A stretch of 64,000 nucleotides of DNA from Antedon mediterranea. Taxonomy: Eukaryota; Animalia; Echinodermata. Under the pieces are notes generated by a model. That model did not search any database. It was not told the origin of the DNA and saw nothing but the letters and a program-made list of their open reading frames with translations. The translations under genes and the position numbers were made by a program. Location of the stretch: assembly GCF_964355755.1 (NCBI RefSeq), contig NC_092671.1, positions 1,240,001-1,304,000 of the forward strand, given 5' to 3'. Below, one piece after another: positions 12,701 to 25,510 of this stretch; within the stretch, counting starts at the first letter, position 1, and every line of letters starts with the position of its first letter.

Positions 12701-15700
12701 TGTTTTGATCTATTTGATCATTTTCAAAGTAGAAATTTGCGACAAAGAATACCTGCAGTAAAAATACATCACTGAAAACTAAATGTTATAGACCATCACT
12801 AGTTTGTACATGTATAGTTATGTTGGTAATTACCTAAATAACTTCACTGAAACCAATTTATTAACTTGCAATCAAGATCACATTATTGCTCGTTGCAAGC
12901 GTGTGTGGACTTAACATTGAGTTAAAGTGCATTTGTGAAGAACAGCAAACAATCATTTAGATAACCACTTAGAAAATCATTCAAGTTACCGAACTTATCA
13001 ATTATCGCATAAGATTCCGAACAGATTGCGCATAAATAGAATTACATTGGAGTTGAGTAAACGAGTTAATGAGATTGTTTACATGGTGTTAATTGTTACA
13101 AATTAGAGATGTAACAATGTAAATGTTTTACCTCTTTAGCCTGGATAATGTCTTGCTGGCAGCATACCGAAAGTGGCTTGATCAAATGGACGTGATGTAA
13201 AGCTATTAAGTCTAATAGTGCTACTAATTTAGTAGTAGTACTAAACATGGATGTTTACAATTGTAACAGTTCATGTAACTTTAACTAACTAAGCATCCCA
13301 CTCATTGAATCCAAGTGTATTCACCAATAATGATATCTAAGCTCTGTCTACACTATCAAACTTTGTGACAAAAAATGAGGTCATATCACTACCGTATTTG
13401 GTATATAACTCTCATATTTGGGCACATCGCAGTTGTTTTGTCAAACTAGTTTGATTAGGTTTAGGTATATTTTCAGGTTTTCATGGTGGATCCACTAACT
13501 TTAAAATAGTGGGTTATAGAATGAAGTGGTCAACTTAATGTCCTATCATTGGCATTGAGATTATTTATATTTAAGAAGGGCCTCTTGGATTTTCCACCTA
13601 ATGCCTGGTTCCACTAGGACGTAAGCGCAGAGTAACTGATTTGACGAATTCACAACTGTCTCTTGTGATTGATTGGTCAACTCACTTACATTGCTTCTAC
13701 GTTCAAGTCCGTCTCTAGTGAAAAGTTTTAGGGAATAGGAGTAGTAAAGTGTAAATTCAATATTGCAGTATTTTAAATTATTATATATTCAAAATATAAC
13801 TATGTTTGACTTTAAAATGTATGAATGTGTAAATGTATATAATGTGTATTTCTCCAAAAAAAATATTAATTTTCCTAAAATGCATCAAAACATGAATGTA
13901 AAATAAGCCAAATATTAGAATTGTACCATTCATTTTGTGTGCAGTTGACATTCAAAATGGGTATATTCTTAATAAATAATTAATAATTGCCCCGAGTGGA
14001 ATGAATGAAGTATATCTATTGAAACCAATAAATTATACACAAGAATACCTTCTCTACAGTTTTTTTAAAAATTGTTGTCATTTTTCACCAAATTAGCAAA
14101 TGTATTTCACTCTAGACATTAAACAAAAGACCTTGAAAATAGTGCACAACGAATGTGATTGTAAATTAGGAATGTACTATTAAACAGTTTGACTACACAG
14201 TAAAATAGTGAAAACATTCGAATAATTAATAGATGCAACCAGAGTAATTTTATAAGAAAATTACAAATCTGAAAGATTTCATCAACTTCTTCTTCTCTAG
14301 GACAATGAACCCAGTGCCGATTGTGGACAAGCAGAATGATACTGTCGTATTAATTTTTACGACCTTTCCAACGGAAGTAAATGAAGCAGACATGATCAAG
14401 GAGGAGCATTATCTATGTCGACTGCACGTTATTAAGAGCGTGGACGAAGGAGTGACGTGGTCAAAATCTGTCGACATAACAGAAGAGACACTTGGAAAAC
14501 TTAAAAGGCCACCAAATATATATTCACCAGGTAGTGTACATAATAATAGATATCGAGTACTCTAACCAAACAATCTAGTTATTATTATCATATATTACAT
14601 AGCCCATGTAAATACATGAACGTGATTGGTTGAAACTGCATCACATGACTTATATTTAACCTCTAAGCAGTCAATATCTGTATAATAATAACAGATATTA
14701 TATAAATATAGATATTATGTACAATAAAATAAACACTCTCTCAAGGACTAGATGTCAAATACAGCTTTCATCTCGACACAAATGATCCCTACCTCGAGCT
14801 GCCAACAAACAGCGGGCAGATACGACCAGTAAAGTTTTCAGTAAAATAATAATTCAAAAAACAATAAAACACTTTACTGCAAAGGAACAATGCTCTTAAA
14901 AATTATCCAATTGTTTACTAAATGACCTACCTACTTCAATAATCAGTCTAACATTCAATTCTTAATATTTGTAAGTTATAGAAATACTAATTGCCAAATT
15001 TTTGTAAATATTATTTTTTATAATAATTGAATAGAGTTCTATTTTTATACTTATCTGAATAACAAATCCTAAGTGAGATCTTAAACCTTTGGCATTCTAA
15101 CTTCAGTAAACATTTTACTTAAAAATAAAACTATATTTTATGGTTAATTGAGTACAGCTTAAATTGTGTAAGATGTTTTATATCTACAAACATGCTGAAG
15201 ACATTACTGATACAAAGTGCTCATATAAATTGTTATCATCGATGCAATAATATAGTTTTTACATACATTAGTAGTACTTCACATAAATGTATATTAGCCA
15301 ATGTCAAATATTTTATACAAGATACGAAACTATGGGCACGATTAGTAAACTAATCAAGGTCTTATGCGGCGGCGACATTTTATATTTTAAAGCCCTTATT
15401 TCGTTATAAACTTTCCATGCCTAAAGCTTGATTCTCACTTGGGTGTACATGCGATGCAAGTGAATTGACCAATCAAATTACTTGCGTCGCCATTACGTCC
15501 TAGTGGGAAACAAGCTTTATGCAATGAGACAAGGGAGTTACATGTTATACATGATATTGTTTGCCTCTATCTTTAATAATTTATATCCTACTATAAATAC
15601 AAAATATTATTATTTTACTAGTATTGTGGTTACTATGGTTACTTTATATATTAGATGTCATAAATATGATTTTTATATAAAGTCAATAAAAAAATATTCT

Positions 15701-18700
15701 ATTAAGTCTGTGGATGTTATGCCATGTTTAATAAAAAAAAATTAATTTTCTTGATGAAATAGTAATGTTGAATATATTGATTAATTTTGCAACTTATGGA
15801 TTTAATTTTGATATAAAATTCTATTTTTAGGTCCAGGTCATGGTATTCAATTAAGGTCAGGTCGTTTAATTGTTCCTGGCAATATGACTTGGAAACCTGT
15901 AGAAGGTATGTTGTTGTTTATTTATCATCTACCAGCTAAAAACAAGAGTTTCTTCTTCGGCCGTGGAAGAAACTTCACGCGCTTGTCTTTTAATCATCTC
16001 TAGTCCTTTACATTCATTGGTCACAATCTTTAATTAAATTTCTTTCTAAACAACCCACCTGCTTTAATAGTCTTTACATTAAATGCTTATTAAGTTTTAT
16101 AATACTGTAACACTATTAATTACTTACTTTTATCAGTATCATTCATCTTCATTCATCTGGCTTTCAATGACTTCTATTTCATTCTTTTGCCAGCAACGTC
16201 CATCTACACATATCTACAAAACAATCGGTCACTTGATCTCGATTTCCTCAATTTCTTAATTTTGTGATCAATAAATGACACTGATTACATTCTATAATCA
16301 CTAAATACATGTACAATTTCCTATGCCTCTCTTGTACGACGAAACAAACAATAGAATCACTACAGCAGCGCAATAAATTATTAATTGAATTTTAATATTG
16401 AAATACATAGCTAAGATACATGATTTATATGTGAATAATAATATGATGATGGCTATCAGAATTAGGTACAAAAATTTGATGTTAGAATTTGAAATTAGGA
16501 AAAAAAAAATTTTGGTTAGGATATCAGCAAATCAAGAAGAAGGTTCGAAGTTTGAATATCAGTTGGGGCGATGTCTTCCCATTCTCACAGATTACTTCAT
16601 TGTTATCGTTTCTAAATTAATATCACTTAACTATAATTTATAGTTGTTGTGTGTCTGTATATATTTATTTATACAATATCTATTTCTTTATATTATATTA
16701 TCATTTTATATCATACATTTATATTATATTTTATCCACCAAGTGTATTACAATGTATAAATAATATATGTTTTATCATGTGCAAGATATTGAGTTTATTT
16801 TATCCACCAAGTGTATTACAATGTATAAATAATATATGTTTTATCGTGTGCAAGATATTGAGTTTGAAATCTGTGATTGCTGGACTAATGTGAGTAAGTG
16901 TTGACCAATTATATGGAAGGTCAATCAACAAGCAACCGATCAATATATATAATTACGGTCAACTTAGGAGCAAAAGTCATGTGGTAAATGTTTTTAAAAG
17001 TAGTAATTCTTAGAAAAAAGACATGTAATTATTATAATTATGAACTTAAATTGCATCTCCTTTTAATGTACAGAAAACTGGACACATTCGTAATCTTAAA
17101 ATGGTCCCCTTAATAGAGGTTGTGACCAACATATACATATTCCACGGGAAAATGATTTAACTGTAGTGTGTTGCTATGTGCGTGAGTTTTTAATAATAAT
17201 AATACCAATTTAATATCTTGAAAATAAATTAAATAATATTCATCATAATACAGCAAAAATTGATTAAATCTGAAATTTACATATTTTGTCTATAATTAAA
17301 ATAAATAGAATAAAATTATAAAAATCAATATGGTTAATAATTCTCAAATCATTAATCAAAATTGTCAGCAAATCTATTTCTTGAGTTTCAGTAGTAGCTT
17401 GTTGAATAGGATTAATCAATGTAGGATAGTAACATGCTTTTTATTACTTATTTGTCAGTGTACTTAGATCCTTCAGTGTATTATGATATAAGCCATGTTT
17501 TTAATTACACTAAGTGCCGTCACTGAAAAATACAACACGACAAACTATAAACAGGAGCAAAATATACAGTTTGCCTAATTTTCAAATTATATAATAAGCC
17601 AAATTATTAATAGAATCTATGTGGATACTAAACAACCATACATTTTTTGAGCTGTCATGTGGGTGGGGTGGGGGCGTTATGGGTAGTTTATGGAGTTGTA
17701 GGGGGTTCAAATAGGGGTTCTTTTTCATGAAAAAAAGTACTTGGTTAATGCTTAAATCAAGTTGAAGTTAAACATTTATTTTAACTTAATCATACTTTCT
17801 GATATTCTATTCATTATTCTTTATTTTAATTTACAGATATTTTAAACTAAGCAATAAACAAACAGAATATCTCAGATGATTTACATTATAATAACTCAAA
17901 GTCTATTTTAAAATGTTTGCCTTCTATATCATAATAATAATCATAAGCATAGGAATGTTTAATTCGCCAATCAGTACACTACTATGTTATGTTAAGTATA
18001 TAAAGTATGTGTATTTATCACAGGGATCATTAGGCTCGGGACTTGTGATTCCATCGTAAAAATATTTTATATAAATGTAACGGAGCGTGGCGCGGGCAAT
18101 CAATTATGCCAAAATGACGTCAGTTTATGTGACAACATTTATTACTGGTGGATTTAAAAAACGATAATGATACACACAAGCACAAAGCGGCTCAACGAAA
18201 GGTAAAAATAGGGACAATGGTGCTAGTCTTTGAAGAGTTTTTAAAAAGTAAAAATGATAAAACAGAATATGAATCATGTATATAGACCAATACACATTGT
18301 GAGTTCTGTTGTAACATTCTGAAGCAATTCAAAGCATCCATTTGATTCTCTGTACTGTATCTCCACGTTATCTCCATATCTAGCGTTAATTGTCATATAA
18401 TATAATGCACATTCTATAATACAGTGTCACATAGGTATCACATATGGATATGTTACAGAATTTACCTATTACAGTCAACTCTGCCAATACCGGACACCTC
18501 TGGGCTGGCCAAATATTTTCAGGAAAGTCTGGTATTCGGAATGTGTTTTTAATGGTAAAAATGAATTTGGTACTATTTGGTATTGGGAGAGTTTCTGGTT
18601 TTCATAGTGTCTGGTATTGGGAGAGTTCACTGTATCCTGTAAAAACCATAGATACAGTACTAAGAATCAGCTAAGCTATGAACTCAAATGTGAAAGAACG

Positions 18701-21700
18701 GAAAAACAATGGCCTATTAATGTTCCAACTTGATGTCGTTATTAAAACCTGTTGTGGCATTGCAATGGACATCGTTTTAAAAGCATGCATAGATAATGAC
18801 AACAAACCATTCTATAACAGGGCTGTAGCCACCAGTACATTTGGTAAGGTTTCAACCTGACCACTTTTTCACAGAGGCTTTTGACAACCCAGTAGCTTGA
18901 ACTGAGATTGTTCTCTTTTCTTGCAAAAACAGCACAACTTTATTTCTTGTGGCTATCACTGTATAATACACTATGTTTTTTAGGTTTTACATAGCAGCTT
19001 TTATATTGTTGATTAGTAATTAAAGAATAGCAATACAGTACATAGGAATTATTTTGTTCGGGACACAAATATTGAATGAATATTCCATAAGTGTGACAAT
19101 ATTGTATAACATACAAATACTAGTAAATGAAATTGAACCATTTTTTTTTATTTGATGGTTTCATAAGTAATTTGTATTGCTAATGTTTCTAATTTTCTTA
19201 CCAGTAAGCATTTAAGCTGAGTTCATTCAAAATGGGAGACTGGTATCATTAGTGCGCTCTTGATCTCTTGGCAACACATTTCAAACTGGCAACATGAACA
19301 TTTTTTGTTCAATTCAAACCAACATTATTTTGATTAATTCCTGTATAAAGAGAAAATTAGATAAATATCTTTTCTAATGGACAATTTTAATAATATAGAA
19401 ATAAAGTAGTAAATAAAGTAATAATAATAATATTATAAAAAGAAATGAAATATTAAATGCAGCATATAAAAATATTATTTACATATATACAAAGAGAAAA
19501 AGTAAAATGACACGAATAATATTCATTGTAATGAAGTTAAATGAAACATTTATTCAATTAAACTATAAATATTGTAATTCATAGATAAATATTTTATAAC
19601 ACAGTTTATTTGTTATTTTTAATAAAAAATTAATATTTAGGTCATGAAATAAATAATTCTTTTATATCAAATGAAATAAAAATGTCTCTTGTCATAAATG
19701 ATACTAATTGTGTGAATCTAACAATAAACGCTAATAAAATAAAATATTCCATAGTTTTGGGATCTAAATTAAATTATAATATAGATTGTATGCATCATAA
19801 TTCTATTTTATAGGATTTAACGTTGATCAGTAAGCCTAATCCGATATATTTCTTTTCAGAGGACGGATTTTTTGAGAAGATAACGCAATTTGTAATGACT
19901 CTGTTTGATACATTCTACGGCAGTGAGAATCTTTCAAATATCTTGTACAGCGATGACGGTGGAAATACTTGGCATTTGGGCGGAATTGTTCCGCACACAA
20001 AAGACGACAAGGAAAACTTTATACATTCTAATGAATGCCAGGTAAATTGAAATAATAGATTGGTTCTTGGTCAGATGTTTTGCCCTACTCTAACATAAAG
20101 TAAGACGTAAAGGTGGGACTTGAACCCATGACCTCCAGATCACTAGCCCGTTAACTTGAAATAAATGGTAGATATAATTGTTCTTGGAATGAAGGAATAA
20201 TATAAAATACAAATAAAATATGAAAAATAATAATTATAATATTCAGTATATGATAAAATAAATGAATGAAAAATATGAAATTATACAGTATATGATGAAT
20301 ATAGATGCCTATGTTGATGGTTTTTGCCATTTAGAGTTTACAATATCATACTTGAGGGTGTTAATGGTAATTTGATGTTCAGCAGATAATAATGGTTGCA
20401 ATGATGAACAGTGATAGAGACTAATGATGCTGTTTATATTGATAAAATATTGATGAAACTATAAACGGAAAAGTGTTGATGGAGATTCATTTATGATTAT
20501 TCATGTTAAACCCATGTAATATGGTTTGAAATTGGGAGTCAGTTTGTTCAAGTTAAAATACAGATAAAATACAAAATAAAAATCCACCAAGACAAACCAA
20601 TTTCTAGATTAAAAGCTAGTTTGGTTGAATTGATGACTGGGTGATAGGAGTAACTGAGAGTAGTGAGAGAGAGAAGATGATGTTTTATTGATAAGATATT
20701 GATAACATATTGATTACACTATGACAGATTTAGGTGATGATTGGGTGAAAGGTGGGATAGAAGATGTTGTTAATGATAGGACATTAAAAGGCAACAAATC
20801 CCTAATGGCAATTTTAGGAATAAAATTGTCATAGATACAATGCAATAAATATAATGCGAGCTGATACATACATGTACAGTAAATAAACATTAGTAGCACA
20901 GTAAAATGTTAGACAAGCTAATTGCCAGAGAATCATTTTATTTCTCCCAATGGATAGATCAGATAAAAATGATAATTTCAAGTAATAATTTATTTTCAGG
21001 CGGTTGAACTGGAAGATGGAAGTATTTGTGTAAATAGTCGTACATTAGGAGCTGCTAATCGCCAACAGGCATTTAGCAATGATCAATGCGAATCATTTCA
21101 AGAATCAGAAATCACGGAGCTTGAAGAACCATGTCACATGATCACCAAGATAATGCCTACTGTCAAGTCATTTGGCGGTTGTCATGTAAGTAGAGGGGGA
21201 GGGTGGCAGAATCTGTTTGGTTTGTTTTGTTATATCCTGGATTAGGCCCTCCACCGACCCATAGCAACCACAGTGCAGCGCCTACCATGAACGACAGGGG
21301 CTCGTAAGGCTCATTCTGAAAGATGCACTGGGTTCTTTAAAATGCACACTACTGTAGTATTGAAATGGTCATTAAATTGTTTTTTGGAGAAGCCATGTTC
21401 TACCACCAGCACAATTGTGAGGGATATGTTTGAACCCATGTCGATTTATGGAGTTATTGCCAAAAGAGGGTGATGGCAGAATCTGTTTGATTATGGTTAT
21501 TGCACAACCCCTTCCACAGAAGGAATCGTAGACCAAGGGTGGATCATAACAAAAGTGTCTCATAGGGCAATTGCAGATTTTGCAACAGAAGAAAATCTAC
21601 CTTTGGTTTAGGTTGTTGTATTTAAATAACTTTTGCCAAATAAATGAAAGAAATAATGATTAAATTTATATAACTATGAAAAGTGTTTCTTAAGCTCAAT

Positions 21701-22761
21701 GGTTTTTGTTTTATCAACGTTATTGCTCTCTACACAGGAGTATAAATGGCTACATATCAATGTGAATTCACAGATTATATATTGCAATAATAGACTACAA
21801 TCATTAGAAGCTATACTGTAATGTATAGTGTTCAATTATCCACTGTAATATAAAAATACCAAGTTACAGTATTATATCAAAGTCTCTCGGGTGAAAGCCA
21901 ACTTTCTGGTTTATAGTTGATGTAATAGGTTTCTGTTCTTGGTTATAAATAAGAAATATGAATTATCAAATGGAAAACAAGTTTGCATTGATTTTCTACT
22001 AATGAATGTTATTTAAAACTACAACTTCACAGTGCTATATAAATAAGTAGACCTCTCATTGTCTAGTTTATAAATTTTTTATCATCTATATATAAATTAT
22101 ACTTAATTCTGACATAGGCAAGCACAATGAAAAACTCTGCCTTGGATACCTATCTATCTCAGACGTACCGCGAAACGTAGATTTGATAACATTAGTTTTC
22201 AATATTACGATATTGTTGCATATGTCCATCTTAGGAAGATATTATAAAGGTTTTAAAACAAAATTTCTGGTTTCATCGGTAGATTTTCAACTGTATTGAC
22301 ACAAACATGGTATAATTTTTTTTAATAATGGGAATTTGAGATTAAAATAAGCAGAAAATAAAAATCAGAATTTTCATAAAAATATTCATTTGTACTTACA
22401 TTTTGTTTGATTTTAGGCTAGCATGGTTGGCTTCCCGGCGCCAAGACATCTTCTACAAGAAAACGACCAAAAAACATGGGTGATATTCATGAATCCGGCG
22501 AGTACCAACACCAGAGTGAACATGTCCATACGCTTAAGCAGAGACGGATGCAAAACCTGGAGTCAACCGTGGTTGTTGGACCCGTATCCTAGCGCTTACT
22601 CGGACATTACGTACTACGGAGTGGAACAGTTACCAGATGGAACCACTACCTGCCATTTTGCTTGTGTACACGAAAGCGGAAGCGCGCATCCGTACGAGAG
22701 AATAGCATTCCAAAAATTTACGTTAACAGATTTATTAAAAGGATTAGAAAGTAGTGTTTAA
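6582..22761 (+). CDS. Sialidase/neuraminidase (GH33, NEU2/NEU3/NEU4-like); span of identified coding exons, first exon unresolved
   Basis: Six GT-AG exons join in frame: 6582-6752, 14301-14530, 15831-15905, 19860-20041, 21000-21185, 22417-22761. Motifs: (R)IPAL, RTMNP, GPGHGIQL, Asp boxes (SVDEGVTW, SDDGGNTW, SNDQCESF, SRDGCKTW), NECQ, NSR, RVNM and AYSD (nucleophile Tyr). Confidence 0.95.
8600..8900 (-). mobile_element. Degenerate LINE (L2/Crack/CR1 group) ORF2 3' remnant
   Basis: Translation GPTFWNVLPLPILNS...SF fits the GP..WN.LP..I C-terminal motif of this group; boundaries approximate. Confidence 0.5.
10347..10746. repeat. 61-bp minisatellite x ~6.5, diverging toward the right end
   Basis: Unit ACATTGGGAAATCTAGGTTCAAGTCTATTGTCAAACTATGGTACGCCATCAGTGCATTCAA. 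Confidence 0.93.
11615..12201 (-). mobile_element. 5'-truncated CR1-group LINE 3' end
   Basis: Open frame ...SYEGRLDTLDI...FCIATRFTRTWNSIPNEIRD...FKLSLKQY (SY..RL..L and WN.LP motifs), then a short 3' UTR and an (ATAA)-like tail. Confidence 0.82.
12311..12629 (+). mobile_element. Full-length tRNA-derived SINE with Deu-like central domain
   Basis: A box TGGCCGAGCGG, B box GGTTCGAGGC, core GGACTATAAACC..GGTCC...TTAAAGAACC...GAGTAGGGGGTTACCCCGGTGT, (AAAC)n tail. Confidence 0.9.
13339..13456. mobile_element. Fold-back MITE family A, degenerate copy
   Basis: AAGCTCTGTCTACACTATCAAAC terminus shared with the 24446 and 33601 copies. Confidence 0.75.
14301..14530 (+). CDS. Sialidase exon: RTMNPVPIVD...SVDEGVTW...IYSP
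   Basis: ttctctag|G acceptor and CAG|GTAGTG donor; Asp box; phase matches both neighbours. Confidence 0.95.
15423..15518. mobile_element. Short MITE (AAAGCTTG...CAAGCTTT termini); related inverted copy at ~13603-13722
   Basis: Imperfect terminal inverted repeats; CCACTAGGACGTAA shared with the other copy. Confidence 0.6.
15831..15905 (+). CDS. Sialidase exon: GPGHGIQLRSGRLIVPGNMTWKPVE (not in ORF track)
   Basis: tttttag|GT acceptor and AAG|GTATGT donor; conserved GPGHGIQL..GRL.VP motif. Confidence 0.95.
16728..16865. repeat. 69-bp direct tandem duplication
   Basis: ATTTTATCCACCAAGTG...GATATTGAGTTT present twice. Confidence 0.9.
18472..18632. mobile_element. Tc1/mariner-type MITE
   Basis: TA|CAGTCAACTCTGCCAATACCGGACAC ... 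GTGTCTGGTATTGGGAGAGTTCACTG|TA: imperfect TIRs with TA flanks. Confidence 0.82.
18818..18961. mobile_element. hAT-like MITE family B
   Basis: CAGGGCTGTAGCCAC...GTGGCTATCACTG termini; inverted copy at 24998-25135 and fragment near 27733. Confidence 0.72.
19860..20041 (+). CDS. Sialidase exon: EDGFFEKITQF...YSDDGGNTW...SNECQ
   Basis: ttttcag|A acceptor and CAG|GTAAAT donor; Asp box and ECQ motif. Confidence 0.93.
21000..21185 (+). CDS. Sialidase exon: AVELEDGSICVNSRTLG...FSNDQCESF...LEEP...GGCH (not in ORF track)
   Basis: ttttcag|G acceptor and CAT|GTAAGT donor; 186 nt, phase 0/0; NSR catalytic Arg. Confidence 0.95.
21213..21350 (-). mobile_element. Deu-like SINE 3' fragment
   Basis: Reverse complement GTGTGCATTTTAAAGAACCCAGTGCATCTTTC matches the core of the 12311 SINE; AAAC-like tail. 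Confidence 0.65.
22417..22761 (+). CDS. Sialidase last coding exon: ASMVGFP...RVNMSIRLSRDGCKTW...AYSD...ESG...LESSV*
   Basis: ttttag|GCT acceptor; Asp box, AYS tyrosine, TAA stop. Confidence 0.95.
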   Translation, partial: ASMVGFPAPRHLLQENDQKTWVIFMNPASTNTRVNMSIRLSRDGCKTWSQPWLLDPYPSAYSDITYYGVEQLPDGTTTCHFACVHESGSAHPYERIAFQKFTLTDLLKGLESSV

Positions 22762-24445
22762 ATTTGGCCTGTAGGAATTGATAGGCAGGTGGAGACCCAC
22801 TTCCAATATAACCCAACACTGTGCTTGGTTAAAATAGGGCTTAGGTATTAGCTGGCCCTATATACAATTTTTAGTAAAAAACCATTCAAGGCTAGCCAAC
22901 CTACATTTTCTGTGCTCATCCAGTGCTACTGACAAATCCCCATCATCAGAGTTATTTAGAAAACTGATAAGTTGACATGGGCATTATTTGATAAATGTAG
23001 TTTTGTCTGAGATAGACAATGTCATCATCGTCTGTTACACTATTATTCATCTGTTGTAGGCATTTGGTAGTTGCTTCTATAATTCTGTAATCTGACATTC
23101 ATTTTTGGATTTGTGTAGTTCCTTTCTGACAATCGCTTGAACAAAAACAAAAAGAAATGAATTTTAAAACATTGCATATTCTTGGTGGTTTAATAATATA
23201 ATAGTATATTTGGATGCAATGGACATTATGTTTTGGGAATTAAATCAATGTAAAATTCCCAAGATTATTGTTGTTCACCATTTTAAAATCATATTTATGA
23301 GTGTAACATGAATATTCATGAGGCCAAGTACTAAATTTACTTGATAAATAACTACAAATAAACACGCTACTGCTGCTTTTAATATGGACCAAATAAGATA
23401 TAATATTATTCATCAGAATATTAATGCTATTTTTTTTATATATCTCTGCATGCTACCATATAGCATACAATATGATAATTATCATACTAGTTTAATTAGC
23501 ATATACCTAATTAGCATATACTAATTTAATCTAGCATACGATGGCATAATAAACAATTTGAAATATAGACAAGTTGTGCATCGAATTTTATATCACAATT
23601 TTCCAATTATCAAGTGTAGTAACTATTTTGTCGATATGTAAGATTAAAATGTATCCATTCGTAATTATTAATTAATTTTCAATTATGTATATGTTGGCTT
23701 CCGTTTATGGTTGTTGAATCGGTGAAGAATGTCTATGCATATGTTTATAGAATTAGTAAAATGTTTACAGAAGGTTGCTAAGCAACAATTGTTTCAAAAG
23801 ATGGTGATTTGAGCACGCTCAGAGTAATTTGTATTTTTAGTATTTATACACTTTTGTTCATATCATAGTAGATATTTTAAATCTAGTATCCACAATGTGT
23901 GTGTTATTAAGTGGTTCACTTTATATAATAAAGCTCTGTCTTCACTATGAAACTAGTTTGACAAAAACAGTGCGATGTGCCCAAATATGGTAGTGATATG
24001 ACATCATCATGTCGATTCTGCAGTAAATGTTCTTTTAAATATAGGAATGTTACTACTAACCTTTAGTACTGAATGAGTTCATTAATCCATTTAATTTATT
24101 TATAAGTTATAATATTACAAATGGCATGACCTATTCAAAATCTCCAGTTCCCATAACCTGAAGGAAATAAAATATTTAAAAATATAAATTCACATTGTAA
24201 GGATTATTTGAACCAAGAATTGAGGTTAATATATTGAACAGACAATGCTCTTAGTAGTTTAAATTATGATTACATTTTAAATATATGAAATTTACTAACC
24301 TTTGGTATTTAATTTATTTATAAGTGATAATATTATAACAAATGGAATGGACTATTCATGCCATCTGCAGTTTCCATAACCTAAAGCAAAATAAAATATT
24401 TTAAAATTCAGAAAGTTTACGACGATCAATAATTAGAGTAGAAGC

Positions 24446-24585
24446 AAGTTTGTCTACACTATCACACTTTATGTGACAAAAATTGTGATGTGCCCAAATA
24501 TGGACATGATGATGTCATATCACTACCATATTTGGGCACATCACACTTTTTTGTCACATAAAGTTTGATAGTGTAGACAGAGCTT
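24446..24585. mobile_element. Fold-back MITE family A, ~140-bp near-perfect palindrome (Harbinger-like)
   Basis: TGTCTACACTATCACACTTTATGTGACAAAAA...TTTTTGTCACATAAAGTTTGATAGTGTAGACA; half copy at ~23931-24012. Confidence 0.9.
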
Positions 24586-24997
24586 TAGATTTAGCATATC
24601 ACCATGGAGTTGATTTACATTTAATTTGAATTTCTCAGGCACAGTGAATGTTATGCAAATTTAATATGAAAGCTAGATAACTATATTTTGTTACATAATT
24701 GGTGACTATATTGTAAACACCGTTGCTTGTTCCCCCACCTTAAACATGACCAAGTAGCTTAAAATGATCCCAACTTAAATTAGTATAATAAATATAATGT
24801 TATTTGTACTATTTTCTTGTTGAATATATTGTGAATATTCTGTATATACTTTTGTGAAAGAATAGACTGTAACATGTATGTTGATTAGTATAAATAAATG
24901 CACTACTGATTTGTTACTTACCACCAAAAAGCTTTTGTGTTTATTGCTGATTTTTATATTTTTAAATCCATTTTCCAAAACCCGCTCTCCAACAGTA

Positions 24998-25135
24998 CAG
25001 TGATGTAGCCACGAGAAATAAAGTGATCCAGTTTTTGCAAGAATAGGGTACAATCAATCAAGCCACTGGGTTGGGCCTCTGTGAAAAAGTGGTCAGGTTG
25101 ACACCTTACCAACCGTACTGGTGGCTTCAGCCCTG
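24998..25135. mobile_element. hAT-like MITE family B, inverted copy
   Basis: Reverse complement aligns with 18818-18961. Confidence 0.72.
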
Positions 25136-25504
25136 CACACAAACTTCAGGAACCTCGATTACATATTTTCTATCAGGGAAATGTAATGGATGAGAATATT
25201 TACCCTTATCAATAATAATATTGAACATATTTTTAGCTTTAACATTTCAGTTAATCTCATAATCTGTTTTCTTCAATTCAATAATGCTAAACAAGATATC
25301 TGATTTCATTGGTATTAATATTATAAGTCTTCCAAGTCCTTTTCTGCATCGGAGCTAAATATAATCATTATATATCATTTGGTTTAACTTGTTGTTCCGG
25401 TGTTCAAATGTGTGTTTTAACCTCAATCGCATAAATGATTTTAAGGATGAACCAACAACAATCAAATAAATGCTCAAAACTATACTTCAGTTATCATGTA
25501 AAAA

Positions 25505-25510
25505 TTTATT
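25505..25510 (-). promoter_or_regulatory. Candidate NAV polyadenylation signal (AATAAA on the - strand)
   Basis: TTTATT about 2 kb downstream of the NAV stop; the hexamer is common in AT-rich DNA. Confidence 0.35.
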
